This document shows positions 1 to 15,465 of a DNA stretch of 64,000 nt, piece by piece (the first letter of the stretch is position 1; each line of letters begins with the position of its first letter). The translations under genes were made by a program, and so were the position numbers. This DNA comes from the human T2T-CHM13v2.0 reference genome, Homo sapiens, in NCBI RefSeq assembly GCF_009914755.1, contig NC_060925.1. One strand, 5' to 3'. The notes beneath the pieces were generated by a model. The model did not search any database. It was not told the origin of the DNA and was given only the letters and a program-made list of their open reading frames with translations.

Positions 1-428
1 CAGATACTACTGTGACAAGGAGAGAACTGATCACTTATTTATGGCAGTAACGCTTACTTCTAAGTACACAGAAACAATAAGAGTATATTTAACAAAGATT
101 TCATATTGTCAACTTTTTATTGTTTTTAATGTTTTCAAATATATAGTCTATAGATAAATTAAACAAGTATAAAATAAGTTGAAAGTTTAAACATCTAGCT
201 CCTATGAGTTTCAATATAAGGACTCCTTCATCACCCATCTACTTGGTAACTTTAAAAGATTCTTCCATATATTCCGCACACATGCATTTTTGTCTCACAG
301 TTGATCAAGAGAAAATAATTTTAGCAATCCATGTTCACTAGTAGTTATACTAGCAACAGCAGCAGTAATAGTAGCAACAATCATAATACTTCAACTTTAA
401 ATTTTTTAAAAAATTATGTGGTACCAAC

Positions 429-472
429 CTGGTCTCCAAAGTCCTCTGGGAATTTCCACAATACCACAGGAT
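429..472 (-). CDS. DENND1B: DENND1B coding exon 3 (44 nt; DPVVLWKFPEDFGDQ, uDENN region)
   Basis: Acceptor ATTTACAG|AT and donor CAG|GTTGGT; the peptide is visible at the end of ORF 414..620 and is in frame with exon 2. Confidence 0.96.
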
Positions 473-3400
473 CTGTAAATAATTGACATGTATAATTAAA
501 CAGCAGCAAAAGAACACATTTAAAGGAACAGTCTTGGTTAAACACTCTTAAAATTGTCAAAGCTACTTTAATTACAACATTTAAATTTTTCTTTAAACAT
601 TTATAGTTGATGACATTCACTTCTCTTCCTTTCTATAATTAAATATTTTGATTTTTTAAGAAATGTAATGACCTTCAAAATAGAAATAAATGATATTAAT
701 AACTTGGTCAGGTTATTAAAAATCATTACTGTATTTCTTTTAGCAACTCACTTTTTATTGACATACCTTAGATTTTAAGATTTTAAACTCTGAATTTTCT
801 ATTTTAACTACACTTTTAAAATACTGGTATTCCTTTGAAAAGAAAAATACAAATGTATCAAGTATGTAATAAAATATATTATAGCTCTCAGAGACTAGAC
901 CAAAATACACCTTAAATATCCATTTAAAATTCCAATTAAGATTTACAAAAACTGTAATAATATTTGCCTTATATCAGTTTTTAAATCTCATATTTGCAGT
1001 AATAGATAAGTTGGTAAGTAGATATAAAGCAGTTCATTTAAAATACAATTGATATTTGCAGGGCATTTCACAGAAATTTTTCTAGCATGTTTTATCTAGT
1101 AATTAATATATATAAATCAATATTGTTTATAAATATTCACACCAGTTTTTCATTTTCTTTGTTTCTCACAGTATTTCTCTTCTACTTAGCACACTAAAAT
1201 GCTAAGATCTTAGTTTAGTAAGCACTAATAAATATTTTAGCCATATACTTATTGTTTAATTCTGTCAAAAATAAACTTCTGAATACTTCAAATGTGTTTT
1301 AAAGGGATAGTGTATAATGGATTATTTCTTCTGGGCAAAAAAAAAACAAAACTTGAAAGCCCAAGATAAGACTAATGTGTGTAACAAGTACCACCCATAT
1401 GACAGGGTTTGAACTCCATGCCAAGTAAAAGGACTTGTGGATCAAAGATAACACTTCATGTACCAATCAGTGAAAACTTACAGCTTGATTCCATTATTTC
1501 CAATATTTCATACCATTTTCTAAAAAACACAACCTAAGGATACATATATATTTCAAAATTTTTAATTATAAAACTCAATAAATGTCTAGCAACATTTTTA
1601 GCATGAGCTGGCTCCTCTTGTGTTTATACTTAAGTTCCACAGAATTTTTTTCAGGTATTTTAAATTAAAAAGAAAAAAGTAAGCTTTCGACAATTAAACT
1701 TTTTATTTATTAAGGACTAAAAAGTTTCCATATAAATAATAAAAATCAATAATTTAAAACATCTTATATAAGAATAATACATTACAAATTTATGAAGGTA
1801 ATATTAAATGATTATATCCTCATGTAAAACAAAATGCATACATTTCTAAAATGAATGTGGAATGCATTACACATCACCTAAAAACACTCAAACATAAATA
1901 TCTTGTGGATAATTATATTCCCAATTAAAAAAAATAGACATATATTTATATGGCAGTTTTACCAAAATGGTAGCTGCTAAAATTTGAATCTCATAAAACA
2001 AAGGCATATGACAGAGTTTTCATAAAATATTAAATGAAAGTTTTTATCTTCATAAAGTAATACAATTACTAACAGCTACATAAACAAATCCTCATGCAGA
2101 AATACAGAACAGTTCTTTCTCATGAATAATGAAATTACAGGGTTTCAATGTGAATATTTAAAATCTCCCTTTTAAGTAACCTCAACTTTGTAATTACTAT
2201 TTGAGAAGATGTTTGTGACAACTTTCTTACAACTATGTCTTAAATAAGTATACTTATGTTATTGAATAGCTTACAGTTTGCCCTTGCTGTTTGTAGCATT
2301 TACCTAAATATGTTTTGCTGCCTGACTTTTCCTCACTACCATTTTTTTTCTGTATACTCTGTTTTTTCGGAGAGAGAACAAATAAGTACATGAAAACTGC
2401 ATCTATTGGTTTAAGCACAAAGTAGAAAATATCCCAGCTCTTTTCATTAAATGAATTTTACCCTTCAGCACGCAAAAAATTATTATAATCATGTGCATCC
2501 ATATTTTGAAATGGATTAACTTAGTTACTGCCTATGTGATTAGATTTAGACCACATCTGACACATCTTTGTAGCAACTTTTCAGAAGTACTGCAAAGGAA
2601 GAAACAAAAGGGCTCTGAAAAAAATAATCCGATTCAACAACTTTATGCACAAAGACTGAATTTTCTGTTCCCTGAGGATTACTTTCCAGATACTCAATCT
2701 GATCTGGCAATGTTAGGTCAATTTTATGCTGATTTTATGGGTGAAAGGATGAGAACTGCTGGTGGGAATCATCGTTGCCAGTTATGACTGATATACACTG
2801 TGTTTCTCTTTTTTCCAATGCCTACCAGTAAATCAAAGGAGACTCCATATCGTAATTAAAGAAAAAAATTTTACTGCCAACATTCTAGAAACCAAATAAA
2901 TATAAAAGGAAGAATACTTGATTTTGACATAAATATATTTAATCTCTTAGTTTAATAAGAGATAATGTTACAGCATAGTAAGAAAAAAATACAAATTTTT
3001 ATTAAATCAGTAACTTTAGAAGATGAATATTTAAAGTATGATTTGCACATCATCAACATAAGGATTCCAAATTCACTATTAAGGCTTTTTTAAAATGTAA
3101 AGTAAGATAAAGTCAGCAATATTTTATTTTCCCAATCAAATATTTCACATTTCCTGGCCCTTAACTGAAAACAAAATTAAAATAACTTAGAATACCAGTG
3201 TGATTCTACTACACTACAAAAAGAGTATGCAGTAAAAGAGCTCCAATTTGCACAAAAGGATAATATTTACTTAATTCTGTGGAATTCAAAGATGATTAAA
3301 TGTACAGTATCTTCAAATTTATGCATTTGTAAAATCTCAGTTCAGAGACTACATACTTTTGGAAAAGTATAATATACAATATTAGTATTTTTCTTGATTA

Positions 3401-3599
3401 CGGGTTTCAGTGCCTAATATACCCACACTGTAGAAGAATATGTATGAAGAAATTGAGGTCAAAACAATGAGAAGTGTGATTTACTCACGTAGCTAGGTAA
3501 TGTCTGAGGTTACAGCTTTCTTCATTGAGATGTGAGGAGCATATGTTTTAAATAATTTCCAATAATTCACAAATTTTTGTGGCCCATTTAACTTAAGTT

Positions 3600-4500
3600 C
3601 AATTTATTTCATTCAAAAATCTATGCAGTGCTAAAGAAAGAGGAAAAGTCCCTGCGTTACAATGCCCTACAACATTCACAGAGAGAAACGTCAAAGGGCA
3701 ATTTCGTTTTTGTACAAAATATTCTTTTAAGTGAGGTATCCTGTAGGAACATTTGAACTCAACTTGAAAATTCACTGGCTTAAAAATGTAAAAAAAAAAA
3801 AAAAAGTTCCTAATGAAGCAATGAAATGAGCAAAAATCATTAAAGAAAATGTGTAATTTTTTGGTAATGTATGATTTTTATTCTTTCACCTGTGGACACA
3901 TAATGGTGAACTAAACAAAACAGGGTCTACCACTTACAGAGAAGAGGAGCATCTATATATATAATGTAATAAAACTTAATGCATTTTTATGATACTAGAA
4001 GAAGGGGTACTGCAGGAGCACATAATAAGGAAATATAATTTAGAGAGTCACTAAAGGACTTCAAAAGGAAAGGACATAAACTGACACAAGTTAGACAAGC
4101 AAAGAATAATCTGGGCCATAAAGTGGGCAGGGGAGAACATTCTAGAGTGAAGAACCAATATGCATGACATCTTGAAGGTTAAAAGAAAGCAGAATACCTT
4201 TTAGAAACTGAAAAATCATCTAACATATCTGAATGTAGACTAAGAGGGAGACAATGTCTAGAGATAAAGCTGGATTGGCAAGGGAAGCCACTGAAGCAGA
4301 CAGTAGTATAAATCAAGTTAGAAAGAACAACCAGAAAGGGAGAATGCAGCTAGAGTGTGTGTTATTATGAAAGTCAAGAGAAGAGGGTGTATCTAAAAGA
4401 AATCCTCAAACAAATGCTGCAACACATTGAGAGATGATGACTGAAGAATGGCAACTATATTAAAAGACATAACACCACAGTAAGATGAGCCTCAGTGGAA
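3600..4500. mobile_element. Degraded L2 fragments
   Basis: Purine-rich L2-like motifs (gggagaacattctagag...; gaaagtcaagagaagag). Confidence 0.5.
4059..4170 (+). repeat. 112-bp dispersed direct repeat, copy 1
   Basis: 108/112 identical to 6912-7023. Confidence 0.95.
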
Positions 4501-5645
4501 GGGTAGGAAGGAGGTGGCCGATTTAAGATTATGGAATGAGTGAGTATGATGAAAGAGAGGCAGTATGTACAGAGGCAATTTACTTAAGAAAGGATACACA
4601 AAGTAGAGGAAAGTAAAGGTAGACAGAAAGCTTAAGCTAGAGATATTTGTTTTTTTCTTTTGACTGGTACAGACTTGAACATGTTTAAAAGGCTATGGGA
4701 ATTCATGAGCTAGCAGAGAGCCAGCAAAGAAGGAATACAAGATCCCTGAGAAGACAGGAAGGTTGGAATTCAGATCAAGACAGTGAGAGGAGCCTAAGAC
4801 AGAAGCTGAAGTACGTTTTCCATTGTTATAGGAAAAAGAGAAGAGGAAAGACATAAAGCCAAGTAAATCTGTAGTGCAAAAATATGAGTTTTGTGAAAAA
4901 AAACTGCTAATATTTTTCTATGTAGTAGGTAGTTCTCTAAAGCAAAGCTTTCTGCTAAAACACACAAAAAAGCTGTTGGAGCTTTAAGGAGGAGGTATGA
5001 AATAACCATTTCAGGCAGAGTTCTCAATATAGGTAGATATCCAACATGGCATTTAATGGCAGCAAAGTGGCATTTCTCTCAATTGGTGGATTCTGTCGGG
5101 GTGAGGTTTCTGTTAGTCAGGTGGATGGGAAGATAATCTAAAAGAGTGGCTGCAGATCTGAATTACGTATCTAAAGCTAATAAAAAGGAAGTCATATTTT
5201 CTGAAAAGTCCATTAATATTATATGTTATACCAAATGATACAAATGTATTTTAAAACAGCATAGTTTCAGTTAAAGGTCTACAACATATAACTGAAGACT
5301 GTAGGATTCAGAAATAAGATGACATAAATAAATGGAAGTAGAATTATGAAATCACATAGCTGAAGTCTGGGTCTTCTACTTATGAATAACACAATGCTTT
5401 CTGTGTATGATCAGAAGTAGGTTTTGAAAAATAGCAAATCAATTTCCTTGTCTCTTTCTCCCTCAGACTCTCTAGGTTGTTCTTAAAAGAGTCTCATCTA
5501 TTTATCCAAGTGTACTATATAAATACCTTTTTTGACGTGTGCTATTTTTGAAAAAGTTTGATAAGCATGTAATTTAATAATTATGGTTAAAATGATATTT
5601 TATTACATCTTCCAAAATAATTTTCAAACTCATTAATTATTGTAA

Positions 5646-5939
5646 TTTTTTTTGAGACAGGGTCTCACTCTGTCACCCAGGGTAGAGTACAGTGGCATGA
5701 GCATGGCTCACTGCAGCCTCACTCTCCCAGCCTCAAGCAATCCCTTCCATCTCAGTCTCCCAAGTAGCTGGGACTATAGGCATGCACCACCATGCCCAAC
5801 TAATTTTTTTTTTCTTTTTTGTAAAGATGAGGTCTCGCTATGTTACCCAGGCTGGTCTTGAACTCGTGGGCTCAGGTGATCGTACTGCCTCCGCCTCCCA
5901 AAGTGCTAGGATTACAGGTGCGAGCCAACATACTCAGAC
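5646..5939 (-). mobile_element. AluJ
   Basis: Dimeric Alu with J-type diagnostics. Confidence 0.92.
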
Positions 5940-6375
5940 TTACCATAATTTTATATTCAGCCTGATTGAAAAAAAACGGTTTAAGGAAACAATTCACTCA
6001 ATCATTTAGGGCCACAAATGACTTTGGTGAAGCCAGAGATTCAGAAGATCGACACTTTTGCCATTTTTCCTTGGCACAGACTCCGGCAAAACACAGATTT
6101 ACTGCATGATAGAAAGATATCACTCATTTTGACAAAGTAGTAATAAAAAGCTTCACTGATCCACTCAAAAAAGAATAGTATGATAGACTGTACTATAAAC
6201 CTTAAGACTATAAGCAACAGTGAAAATAAAAACAAATTCATTGCTGGAAAGTCTTAAATTCAGACTACATCTAATCTTGATAAAACATATATAAGCAGAT
6301 GTTTGTACAAATTATTTTGAAGTTAACCTATAGATGACAATATTTAATTTTATCATCTTCTTAAAGGTCTAATTC

Positions 6376-6845
<470 letters not shown>

Positions 6846-6911
6846 GCATGGACTATGTATCTCTCACAATGATTAGCATTATGCGTCACATGTTAAGAAA
6901 TTTAATATTTC

Positions 6912-7023
6912 CTTCAAAAGGAAAGGACATAAATTGACACAAGTAAGACAAGCAAAGGATAATCTGGGCCATAAAGTGGGCAGGGGAGAACATTCTAGAG
7001 TGAAGAACCAGTATGCATGACAT
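6912..7023 (+). repeat. 112-bp dispersed direct repeat, copy 2
   Basis: 108/112 identical to 4059-4170. Confidence 0.95.
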
Positions 7024-10000
7024 TTTTATATATTTATAAAAAATATAAATATTCTTTAAAATATGACAATAAATAATTTATATTTTCCTTTATTACATAT
7101 AGACTTGATATGACAACAAATATATCTTCATAGGGCTAGAAACAAACATCAACTATACCACTTACAGCAGAAAATAATTTTAGCAAGAAAAATACCACCA
7201 AAATGTTTTTAAAACCCAAATACTACTGATACTATAATTCTAGTTCCATATCCCAATGAAAGAATTTTATTTCAAAATTGAATGTTTTGTGACACTGGAA
7301 CCACATGATTTAAGGAACAATTATGGAGGACTATAGTTATGTGTACACAAGATATACTGCCTATTATTCCCTCTAACTTTATATGCTGTATGCTGTATAC
7401 ATACATATTGGTAGTCCATATCTAAACAAGATAGATGTCCTTTTGTACTTTTCCAACTCAGACATGTGAGAAAATTTTTCTTGCTGTAATGTCTTACAAT
7501 GCTTTCTTTCATGAATTTAAGCAATTAGTTCCAATATGGACAACAGAAAGACTATCTGTGAATGCAAAATATAGTAATAATAATAATAAGGCCTCTTTTA
7601 TTTACTTATTTGGTATTTCAAGAAAAGGTTCATTATATATGGATAGAAACTTTGTATTTTCTGAATGAGAAAGGACATTAAATATTCTTTTTTTTTAATC
7701 ACCCAAAGTTACACTGTATCCTGTGTCTGGAGCTAGTAACTATTGAAGCCAAGACTAGGATTCAGGTATCCTTGCTTCTTATATAACATCCTTTCTAAAA
7801 TATGCTGCTGCAATTTGCTATACTTGGTTGATCTTTGATTTTACTGTGCATTCATTAGACAGTAATTTAAAGAACATCCACAAGTCTAAAAGTTTCTTAG
7901 TTATCTATAGGAAGACATTCTCACCAAGCCAAATATTTGTATTTTGTAAAACAATGGCCTAAATCTTACAGACTTCCTTTGAACAATACTTGGAAATTTG
8001 TATGTGAAGAAACCTAGACAAGGAGATTAATTACTAATAATACTCAAATCAATACCTTCTCAATCTGAAATTAAAATAATTCTTCATTTAATCATGTAAG
8101 TTTGATTCACACAAAGACCTCACAGAAATGAAAACATTATTTCAAGATCTTTTACTTTATAATCACTTGCAAAAATAGAGATCACACTTCTATTTGTTAT
8201 TTTACATAATGCATACATTTAAAATTAAAACTAAGCAATTTTGAAAATATGTCCATTTGTTCACCATTCTAAAAATGCACATAAGCAATGGTGGAAATAA
8301 AATTTAATGTAATGATCCACTGTGATTATCTTCATTCGAATAAGCCATCCTGGAAAATCAAACTAGCACTTTAAAATAATTTTGGTGTTTTTGAAACTCA
8401 AACCTTAAAAAAACAATTTGGATAATGGATAATTCTAACCTTTCTAAATATTTCTAGAAAGATGTAAAATCAGCATCACAACTTAAAACAAGGAAGCTCT
8501 CTTTTGAGCAAATATTAGCAAATTCTAACTAAGGTAATGAAAATGGAACTTCAAAGAACCTTAAGAAAATATAACTCATAGCATGTTAGATATAACATTT
8601 TGCTACATCCATTCCTTTTAAACAAGACCTATTATAATAAAATGAAAACCCTCATCAATCTCCTGATAGAGTAATTCCAAACTTAACCAAACAGGGCTAA
8701 TGGGTGAGAATTGAATTGAAAACACCTTGACAAAGAAAGCAATTTCTTTTCTTCGCACTCCTCTGAAGCTGTGGGTGATCATGGTAATCGAACCATCAAC
8801 AGTGAGGGGCCATCTGTCCCAAGGGCCCTTCATGAGAGTTTTAAAAAAAACATCAACAATAAAGAAGGGAAAGAAATGCTGTACCACAGATGTTCAATCT
8901 TGATTAATCTATCGCAAGGAACTTACAACTGAGAATCAAATGTTTTGACATTTTTCAGATACTAATCATTAAAAGCCAACACAAACGTTTTTATAAGAAC
9001 ACAGGGAAAAAAAGTTAATAGGTTGCTTGTAGAAAGATGATCTGTCATACAGAACCTAATATACCTTTGAGTCAGCTAAGATCTTAAAGTTGCTTTAAGA
9101 TCATATCCTAAAGCAATAGCTTTTATTATGATTCCTTTAAGGAGGAAAGAAGGTAAGAGGCCATGCTTTAAGTTAGCATGAGACTGTTGTTTGTTATAAT
9201 TCTTTATAATTTTTATAATTATAAGAATTATAAAAAAGCAAGTATATGGTTAAATAAAAGAAGACATATATTTTTATTCACAACACTCATTATACTTAAC
9301 TCTTTGAAGTAAAATATTGTCAAGAAACAGTCTTAATGTGAAACTTCAGAATGTAAAATTAACTGAACTGCTCATAAAACAGCTTCATTTTATTCATGAC
9401 ATTTAAAATCATGTTCATATTACACCAAAAAGTAATTTTGGGTAGATGTGCAAATGCTTCAAAGCTTTCTTGCTTGATATAAAGATGGTCTGAAGTACAG
9501 TAAACTTCTAATACTCCTGGATATAACAGACACAGTTCCAATGACTTGAGAATAAGCTAAAATTCATGAATAGAATCATACTAACTACAAAAATGACTTA
9601 AAGTTCACTAACATAAAAACATGTGTAAGCTACATTAAGAATAACTGCTAAAAATATTTTAAAATTAATTTTAAAATGAAAAATACATTAAAACAAAACA
9701 TCAAAGAACCAAATTAAACCATGCATGACCTTTCTTTCAGGATATTTTCAAGTTACAATAAAAGTAAATGTAGAATAAATTTAAGATTCTAATGAATATA
9801 ATAAAGTCACTAAGAAACTTACTGTAAATGCAATAACTCTTATTTATCTTTGTATCTACAAAGCCTAGGAATGGATCCTGTCACCCTAAAGAGATGGCAC
9901 CTCAGGCACATGACAAAAGGAAAGTACAAATGCCCTCTTGAAGAAGAAACACTTGATCAACTCAGGTCTTGCCTAACATAAATGGGTAATTCAAAATTAC

Positions 10001-10089
10001 TACAGAAAATCTAAACACCTGTGATTATAACCATCAGACACAAAGAATGGAATTAAGATACTAATTTTTTTTGTTCCTCCCACACAGGC

Positions 10090-11100
10090 TTCAGATATTA
10101 AAATTACCTGAAACAGCATATATTGTAAGGATATTTAAAATGTTATACAATAACATAACTCAAAACATGAACTAGCAAATTTTGAAAACTAGAACTTTTA
10201 AAAATATAAAAATATAATCTATGAAATTAAAAGCTCAATGAATAGAACAGCATATCTTATAAAACTGAAGACAGAAATAGTGAACTAAGTCAGACACAAA
10301 TGATATTACAACAGATTGAGCCATAAAGAGGCAAAATAAATGAGAAAAGAGGTTAAGAAAAATGGAGACCAGAATAAAATAAATCTATTTAAATTTCTAA
10401 AAGATCAGACCAAAGATACCAGACTGTGTATAATGGAAGAGGGAAGAAAATAATATTAGAAGAAATAAAGGCTGATTTTCCAAAACTGATAAAAGACACA
10501 TCTTTAGATTTGGAAATGACAACAAACCTAAGCAAGATCTCAAGACAGACATGACTAGACACATCACAATGAAATTGCAAAGTATAAAAAGATATGGATA
10601 CCTTTCAAAGCATCCTAGAGAGAAAAGAGGTAAGTAGAAAACTACATACATTATTACATCGACAGCAGACTTCTCAATAGCAGCAATGGAAGCCAGAAGA
10701 CAGTGGAATAATATACTCTACAACTTAAGAACTGTGCAAACAGGAATGTAGGGAAAATAAATACATTTTCAGAAAGACAAAACTGAAAGATTTACCAAGA
10801 ATAGACCCTTTCTAAAGGAGCAGCTAAAGAAATTGTAACAGAAAAATTCTTTTTTATAAAATGCAAGAAATTATATATTTCTTATATGCAAACATATATA
10901 TAAAACAATGTTTACTGAAGCACTGTTTACAATTAGCAAAGTTTTGCAAGATAACCTATATGCCCATCAATATGAAAATGATTATACCATTATTATTCTA
11001 TGAAACACTATACAACTCTGAAAAAGACTATAGCCTTGAAAAAAAAAGTTATATTTGTTCATATGAAAAAAAATCTAAAAGAGTGATAAATGAAAATAAT
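10090..11100 (+). mobile_element. Degraded L1ME fragments
   Basis: acagcagacttctcaatagcagcaatggaagccagaagacagtggaat motif. Confidence 0.7.
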
Positions 11101-11365
11101 GAGACAAGGTGAGGTCAGAGAGTTAAGGGGGAACAAGCAGAACATAAAGGGCCTTGAGAGTGATAAAAAGGAACCTGCTTACACTCTGGGAAAGGGAGCC
11201 ACAGCAGCATTTGAATAGAGAGGAGACATGCTCTGACATATTTTAACAGGATCACCCTGGCTTCTGTGTTGAGTATAAACTGAAAGGTAATAAAATAATG
11301 AACCCAGTTATGATGCTACAGATAATATTTAAAATGAACCTCTTAGGAAAAGAACTTACATCATT

Positions 11366-11468
11366 CATATATATATGAATGACTCAGATATATATATATA
11401 CATATACACACACACACACATATATATACACACATATGGATATACACACACATACACATATATATAGA
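11366..11468 (+). repeat. (TA)/(CA) compound microsatellite
   Basis: Direct reading. Confidence 0.9.
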
Positions 11469-12656
11469 CAATTTGTGGTAAAATATCAGGGAAGGAAGCA
11501 GATAACATAAAATTTACAAGATGATCTACCCTCTTGAGACAGAATTCATGGCAAGGGCAATAAGGGTCCAAGAGTCCAATGGAAACTCTCCCAGTAGATT
11601 ATAGTGGGTGTTTTATGAACCTGACGTGGACCCAGTGATCTTGCTGGCATGTAAATACTCTGGAAAGAAAAGAATCGTGTTTTATACAACTAAATGAGTT
11701 CTAGATCTGCAGAACTTCAACATAGATGATGAGAAGCCCTCCCTACTCACTTTGCAGAACCGCAACCCAGGCTGTGAAGGATCACATGACATTAAAACTG
11801 CAAAGACCTGTGACTAGCAACATCATTATGAATGGCAGTCCAGGAGCCAAGTGCAGCAATAATGAAATAGGATATACTTCAAACAATGGGCTAAGATGAG
11901 GGTGAATATCACTGTCAGCACCCACCAAAGTCAGAAGCATAATCCTAGGTGAAGCACTAAAACAAGGTCTAGACAAATGATTGCATCAGTGATATGGAAA
12001 TAATCGCAGTGAGACATTAAGAGCAAAGGCATGAAGCATAGTAGTTGAGGTAGACAAGCAATTCCTCAGTACTTATGAGATACCCCTGGAGGGCCACAGA
12101 AATACTAAAAGAGAATGAATACCTCAAAATGGGATCGAGACCCAGAAGGTACTCAAGAGGTTATCAAGCTGGAAAAAAACTGATTCTAAATATCAATGTG
12201 ATGTGATGTCATCTATACCTTCATGTTAGAGAAATCTAAGGACTTGTGGGGAACACCTTTCAAATGTTCATAGTAAAAACTAAGAAACTTGTTAACATAA
12301 AACTATAATAATAAAATGAACACAACATAGCTATTACATTTCAGTTCACAGGTCTCTGTTGATGTAGAATGAAAAGCAAATGAAAGTAGAGATGTGAATA
12401 TTTTATTCTGTTTCTAATTAAATATGTTGTTTTATTGCTAAAATCTTCCCTGATCATATCCAGAATTTCCTTAAACTAATAATGGATAAATATCATTAAC
12501 CTTTGAGGTCAAGATTATGACTGGTAAATACAACACTGTGATACTGGCAAAAAGAATCATTTCCTTGAAGGGGCAGAAAACTATTAGTCTGAACATGCTT
12601 ACTAATAATTAAGTCCTACAGTAATTTTCACCCATTTTTCTTAAAACATAATTAGC

Positions 12657-13061
<405 letters not shown>

Positions 13062-13487
13062 CTACTAAGCAGAATTCAAGAGCAAACACAAGTTCACAAA
13101 GATAATTTGTCATGTGACATTACACAAAATTGCCATATATCTTAGATCAGCGGTAAGAAGGATCACAAGAGACCTTGTTTCCTCTCCCTACATGGCAGGC
13201 TCCTTTATGTTCCACTAAAAAAAGACACATCCTTTTATATTCTACACATATACAGGGACTGCTCCAAATCTCCCAGCTTCCCTCCTAAAGTGTAAACTAA
13301 TAGTTGAAAGTTCTTCCCAATGTCCAACTAAATATCTCAGAAGATAATTTAACTCTTTTCTCTCCTGTTGAAGAGCTGTGAAAAAAAAAAATGGATCGCC
13401 CCTACATATAATTTAAAACAAATTCAAAAACTTTTACTGAAATTCTATTTCCCATTGTTCACAAATTATTTCCTATATATCTACATA

Positions 13488-13648
13488 GCAGTTCTCAACC
13501 CTTTCTGTTCATTAGATTATCTAAGGAAGATCATTTAAATTTTTAAAAAGTGACCCTTCACCCCACCCAATACCATTCTAGACACATCTACAATTGTTTA
13601 AAAACTCCCCAGGTGATTCTTATGTGCTGTTCTGGTTGAAAACTACTG
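13488..13648. mobile_element. MER5B-like DNA element
   Basis: cagttctcaacc ... ccaggtgattcttatgtg...gttgaaaactactg. Confidence 0.65.
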
Positions 13649-15113
13649 CCACAAATCTTTCTGTAAAGAAATTTTTCTCAAGCCTTTTAAAAACCTTCTG
13701 CCATTTTTCAAGTTTCAAATATTGTTTTAAACTGGACTAAAAACAAGAACATAATATATAATGTGATATCTAAAACTAAGTGTTTTTGTAGATATTCATA
13801 AGCATAAATGAAGCAAAAATTCTATATCTCAAATTCAATTTTCCCAATGACTTGATTACAACATCCCCTTGACTAGTGTCCAACACTGAATCATATCTCT
13901 CTCACTCTACCTATGGAACCCAGACACCAATGCTAAAAGTTTCAGAATCAGCCTTCACACGCCTTCATCCTCTACGTCTAATCAGCTGCCTAACCATGTT
14001 AGTTATTTCTTCGAAATGCAGTTGTCATCCATTCCTCCTCTTCCATATTCATCTTACTCTAAATTCTTATTGCCTAATTAGTCTTCTTGCCACTCAGCTC
14101 TTCTCAACTCACTGCCACTAAATTAATCTTAAGAGTTTTTATTATTCCTCCCTTCACAGAACAATATTCAGTGGCTCACTACTGCTTAACAAAACCCAAC
14201 TCATCAAACTGTGTTAATATTTAATGCCTCATATAGAACTTTAAAATTTTAACATAACTCCATATACTAAAACCAGTGTTGCAAAATTCTGCACTTCCTA
14301 CCCAATTCCATCCTACCTATCTAAATGTATTTCCCACCAACTCCAATGCAAATTTTCTACTCAATCCCAGTGTCCTTTCACATAAATAAAATTTATTCCC
14401 AATTTCAAGGATTTACTTATACTCCAACACATGCTGCACCCCCTTCTGAAATCCTATGTTCACTTTTCTCTGTCTCTCTAAAATCAATACATTATTCCTG
14501 ATCTATGCTATGAGACCTTCCCAAAATACTACAACCACACAGACTATCCCACTTCCAGACAATAACCATCGCTACCAAACCATCTTATTTGTGTCTCCTC
14601 ATTTAAACAAAGCTCCTAAAAGCCAGAATCATGTTTCAAATTTTAATGTACACTTCATAAAGGCAGCTTTTTCAGTTTTTTATTGAGTATATTTTCCATT
14701 CTTTCCATTCAATGGATATATATAATGCAAATAAAATTATTCCCTATCATATCAATTTTTCACAGTAAATGTCATAAACTTTATTTGCTTATTTTAATGT
14801 GCTTATTTTAACAAGTAGCTGGCTTACCCTAACATAAACCTGATCAATTCTGATTTAAAGGTAATATAATAAATCAAGTAATCCTTAACACCAAAGAGAG
14901 GGAAGTGATCTGCCCTTATTTTCACTACATATTTTCACTAAAGATAACAAGCAAATGAGCAGAGTAAAGCTATTACTAATTAAGAAAGCCCCATACTTCA
15001 AGAAAGAAATAGGCAATTAAATAGTAATCATGTAGAATAAATAGTAATTATACAAATTATCCTTGGGCATTTGCCACTGACGTGTTTTTAGTTAGCCCCC
15101 ATAATGTACAGCA

Positions 15114-15465
15114 CAGTACCTCTCAAGCTTTTTGGTCTCAGGACTGATTTATTCTCTCAAATATCACTGAGGTCGTCAAAGAACTTTTGTTTAGGTGAGT
15201 TATAGTAAATGACATTTATGTATTAAAAATCAAAACTTAAAAATTAGTAAAGCACAAAAATCTTCAAGTACACACTTCATTAGTCATCAGAGTTATAACT
15301 TCATCATGTCCTGAAGCCTATGCAAAAATCTACCATATACTTGTGAGAAATGGGAACGAAAAAGGCTAATAATGCCTCACTACTACGAAAAAAGTTCTGA
15401 CCTCACAGAACTCCTGAAGTACTCCAGGGAACCGCCACAGACCCCTAGACTACACTTTGAGAGCC
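15114..15465. mobile_element. hAT-Charlie1-family internal-deletion element
   Basis: ctctcaagctttttggtctcagga ... gactacactttgagagcc termini. Confidence 0.65.

Noticed and set aside
414-620. 68-aa ORF as a stand-alone gene
   Set aside because: Only 429-472 is exonic (DENND1B exon 3); the rest is intron read-through
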